64,000 nt of DNA. It comes from Negaprion brevirostris. Its lineage: Eukaryota. The DNA lies in NCBI GenBank assembly GCA_030324005.1, contig JARDVH010000001.1, positions 122,722,458 through 122,786,457 on the forward strand. The letters are read 5' to 3'. The notes beneath the pieces are model-generated. The model had not been told where the DNA came from, did no database searches, and worked only from the letters and a program-made list of their open reading frames with translations. The position numbers were made by a program, and so were the translations under genes. This document shows, one piece after another, positions 61,111 to 64,000 of this stretch (its first letter is position 1; the number at the start of each line of letters is the position of its first letter).

Positions 61111-61529
61111 ATTATTATATTTATTATACTTTGCACTTCAGTCAGGAATACAGAGTGCAGCTTCTTAAACTCCTGCTGAAAGGCTTTCATTTGTGGTGGT
61201 CTGTATGGGAATCATTTGGTTTTCTTTGGGTCCCTTCTCCTGCCAAGGATTGGATGCAGTATTGGTGTAGTTTCTTTTACCATGAGCAACAGCACTTTTT
61301 GATGGTTTCACTGCTAATCATGGGATAATAATTGGTAAGGTTTCAATCATAACTGAGGACTCTAGCTGCAAATCCACTTTGTCAGAAGAGTGTCCTGGAT
61401 GACTTGGACGCACTGAACAAACTCTGCCCCGTCCAAGACCTGGCACAAAAGGAATCCCAGTCGATGTTGCGGAAGTTAAAATCGCCCAGTGCAACAATCC
61501 TGTGGTTGTGTTGTGAGATTGCAGAGCCC

Positions 61530-61800
61530 TGAAATGCAAAGAGATCTGTTTTTCAAGTGCATGAATCACAAAAATGTTAGTATGCAGATAGAGCAGAAAG
61601 GTAATGGAATGTTAATGTTTATTAAGGAAAATTGAATACAAAAACGGGAGTTATTTTTCAGTTATTTAGGGCATTTGTAAGACAGCATCTGGGGTACTGA
61701 ANNNNNNNNNNTACAATTTTGTTCTCCTTATTTAAGGAAGGATGCAAATGTATTGGAAGCAGTTCAGAGAAAGTTTACTAGACTAATACCTGGAGTTGGC
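61530..61800 (+). mobile_element. CR1 RT C-terminal fragment
   Basis: SPYLRKDANVLEAVQRKFTRLIPG. Confidence 0.8.
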
Positions 61801-61809
61801 AGTGTTGAT

Positions 61810-62505
61810 TTAGCTTGTAGTTGCTGGGCTCAGCTTTACACCCTTTTTTTGAACCGACATGAGACATTTATAGTTCTGTAGCCCTATGACTACACCCCTG
61901 AGTCTAAGAAAGATTGGGAAAATTATGGCCAGTGTCTTTGCAATTTCCGCACTAATTTCCCTCCAAACCCTTGGTGCATCTTATCTGTTCCTGGTGTCAT
62001 ACCAATTTTAAATACAGTTGGCCTATCTCATGCCCTCTTCCTTTTCAATTTTGAATCCTTCAAGTGTCAGAATGACCTCCTCTTTCACCACAACCTGGAA
62101 AGCAACACCTTCGCTGCAAAGTATTCAATCAATACCTTGGCTGTGCCCCCTGCTTCCATGCATAAATTTTCTTTTTGGCCTGTAATTGGCCCCATCCCTC
62201 ATTTTACCACTGTTACTATTCATATGCCCATTTGGATTCCCTTTTTGTGCTAGCTGTCAGCCTCTTTTCATATTAAGTCTTAGCTTCTCTACTTTGTTTT
62301 TTTACCTCCCCTCTGAATTGTACATATTCAGCCTGATTCTTGGGTGTATTATCTATCTGACATTTGTCACAAATGTATTTTGTCATCTAGACAACTCTGG
62401 ATTTGTTTATCCTACATTTCCCTTTCAAGAGAATATACCTTGACTTTGCCCAAACTATCTTTTCTTTCAAGGTATCAAATTGTTCAGTTGCTGTTTTCCT
62501 GCGAA
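61810..62505 (-). mobile_element. CR1 ORF2 linker remnant
   Basis: Reverse strand reads ISAEIAKTLAIIFQSFLDSGV, LIEYFAA. Confidence 0.7.
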
Positions 62506-62512
62506 CCTTTGA

Positions 62513-62670
62513 CTGTTCCTTCATCAGGTGTCAGGTCACACACCCGATGAAGGAACAGCGTTCCCGAAAGCTTGTGGGTTTACTATCAAATAAACTGGTT
62601 GGACTTTAACCTGGTGTTGTGAGACTGCTTACTGTGTTTACCCCAGTCCAATGCTGGCATCTCCACATCT
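62513..62670 (+). mobile_element. Miniature Penelope pseudo-LTR insertion with hammerhead-like core and 5' inverted copy
   Basis: 'ctgttccttcatcaggtg' + 10 nt + 'cacccgatgaaggaacagcgttcccgaaag'...'gttggactttaacctggtgttgtgagact...gctggcatctccacatc'. Confidence 0.75.
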
Positions 62671-63280
62671 TTAGCTACTNNNNNNNNNNNNNNNNNNNNN
62701 NNNNNNNNNNNNNNNNNNNNNNNNNNNNNNNNNNNNNNNNNNNNNNNNNNNNNNNNNNNNNNNNNNNNNNNNNNNNNNNNNNNNNNNNNNNNNNNNNNNN
62801 NNNNNNNNNNNNNNNNNNNNNNNNNNNNNNNNNNNNNNNNNNNNNNNNNNNNNNNNNNNNNNNNNNNNNNNNNNNNNNNNNNNNNNNNNNNNNNNNNNNN
62901 NNNNNNNNNNNNNNNNNNNNNNNNNNNNNNNNNNNNNNNNNNNNNNNNNNNNNNNNNNNNNNNNNNNNNNNNNNNNNNNNNNNNNNNNNNNNNNNNNNNN
63001 NNNNNNNNNNNNNNNNNNNNNNNNNNNNNNNNNNNNNNNNNNNNNNNNNNNNNNNNNNNNNNNNNNNNNNNNNNNNNNNNNNNNNNNNNNNNNNNNNNNN
63101 NNNNNNNNNNNNNNNNNNNNNNNNNNNNNNNNNNNNNNNNNNNNNNNNNNNNNNNNNNNNNNNNNNNNNNNNNNNNNNNNNNNNNNNNNNNNNNNNNNNN
63201 NNNNNNNNNNNNNNNNNNNNNNNNNNNNNNNNNNNNNNNNNNNNNNNNNNNNNNNNNNNNNNNNNNNNNNNNNNNNNNNN

Positions 63281-63360
63281 GCTCCACACAAGCAGTCACC
63301 CAAGGCTCGACCTGAATCAAATCTGGGTCCCTGGCACCATGAGGCCGCAGTACCACCCTG
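63281..63360 (-). mobile_element. HE1 SINE head fragment
   Basis: 'ctccacaca.gcagtcacccaaggc...ctgggtccctggcaccatgagg'. Confidence 0.7.
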
Positions 63361-63379
63361 TAATTCCCATGGAAATCTG

Positions 63380-63720
63380 ATCCTCGGCATATTTCTCTTT
63401 AGTGGGAGCCTGTAGACTACACTATGCAATGTCATTGCACTCTTTTACTACCTTAGCTCCCGCTAAGTATCCTTGACTCTCCTGGGACAATGCTTCTCTC
63501 CAGCACTGCAATGCCAATACCATCAGCCCTCCACCTCCTCCCTTTGTTTTTCATCTTTCCGGAACAACTTGAATCCCAGGAATCTTTAAAACCCAGTCTT
63601 ACCTTTCTTTCAACCAGGTCTCTGTTACACCCCCAAGATCATAGTACATGACAGTCTGTACCTGTAACATGCAATCTTTATTGCCATTCTTCGTGTCTTT
63701 GCACACGTGTGTAGTAACAT
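63380..63720 (-). mobile_element. CR1 endonuclease remnant
   Basis: 'ccaggtctctgttaca' gives reverse strand VTETWL; 'ccacctcctccc' gives GGGG; 'gcctgtagactac' gives VVYRL. Confidence 0.65.
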
Positions 63721-63774
63721 TGATTTTGCCTTTAATACATTCTCCTTTACTCAGAACTCATCTCATCTTTAAAA

Positions 63775-64000
63775 TTAGTTTGTGTGATGTTGGTGTTGCT
63801 GGCCTGGCCAGCCTTAATTGCCCATCACTTGTTGCCCTTGAGAAGGTGGTAGTGATCTGCATTCTTGAATAGTTGCAGTCCAAATAGTGTGGGTAAATCC
63901 ACAGTGCTATTAGGGAAGAAGTTCCAGAACCTTGACCAGCGACAAAGAGATGGTGATACATTTCCAAGTCAGGATGATGAGTGGTTTAGAAGTGCACTCC
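63775..64000 (-). mobile_element. CR1-clade LINE 3'UTR
   Basis: 'gctggcctggccagccttaattgcccatc...gcccttgagaaggtggt...ttccaagtcaggatg'. Confidence 0.7.

Noticed and set aside
60541-61569. Possible endogenous viral element suggested by short - strand ORFs
   Set aside because: The peptides are short and stop-ridden. Part fits a decayed CR1 ORF1/EN start, and no viral hallmark motif is recognisable.
1-64000. CRISPR arrays, operons or prokaryotic/phage systems
   Set aside because: The sequence is vertebrate repeat-rich DNA with no regularly spaced repeat-spacer array and no dense coding regions.

Overview
Eukaryotic, repeat-dense draft-assembly DNA with many N gaps. The repeat families (HE1/V-SINEs, SacSINE1-like DeuSINEs, CR1/HER1 LINEs) indicate a cartilaginous fish, most likely a galeomorph shark (inference). 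No intact protein-coding gene can be identified. The window reads as intronic or intergenic DNA filled with decayed CR1, L2 and Rex1/Babar LINEs, several Penelope-like element (PLE) remnants (some with hammerhead-ribozyme motifs), three Gypsy/LTR remnants, a Tigger/pogo remnant and small MITEs. Between them lie TE-poor stretches (about 21-23 kb, 26-28 kb, 31.3-35.6 kb) that contain CNE-like sequence and a few + strand splice-site-bounded candidate exons. The most striking feature is a ~185-nt copy of the 3' end of 28S rRNA (8944-9127). It sits in the loop of a Penelope inverted pseudo-LTR structure and is fused directly to the GIY-YIG endonuclease codons. All element boundaries were read by eye and are approximate.
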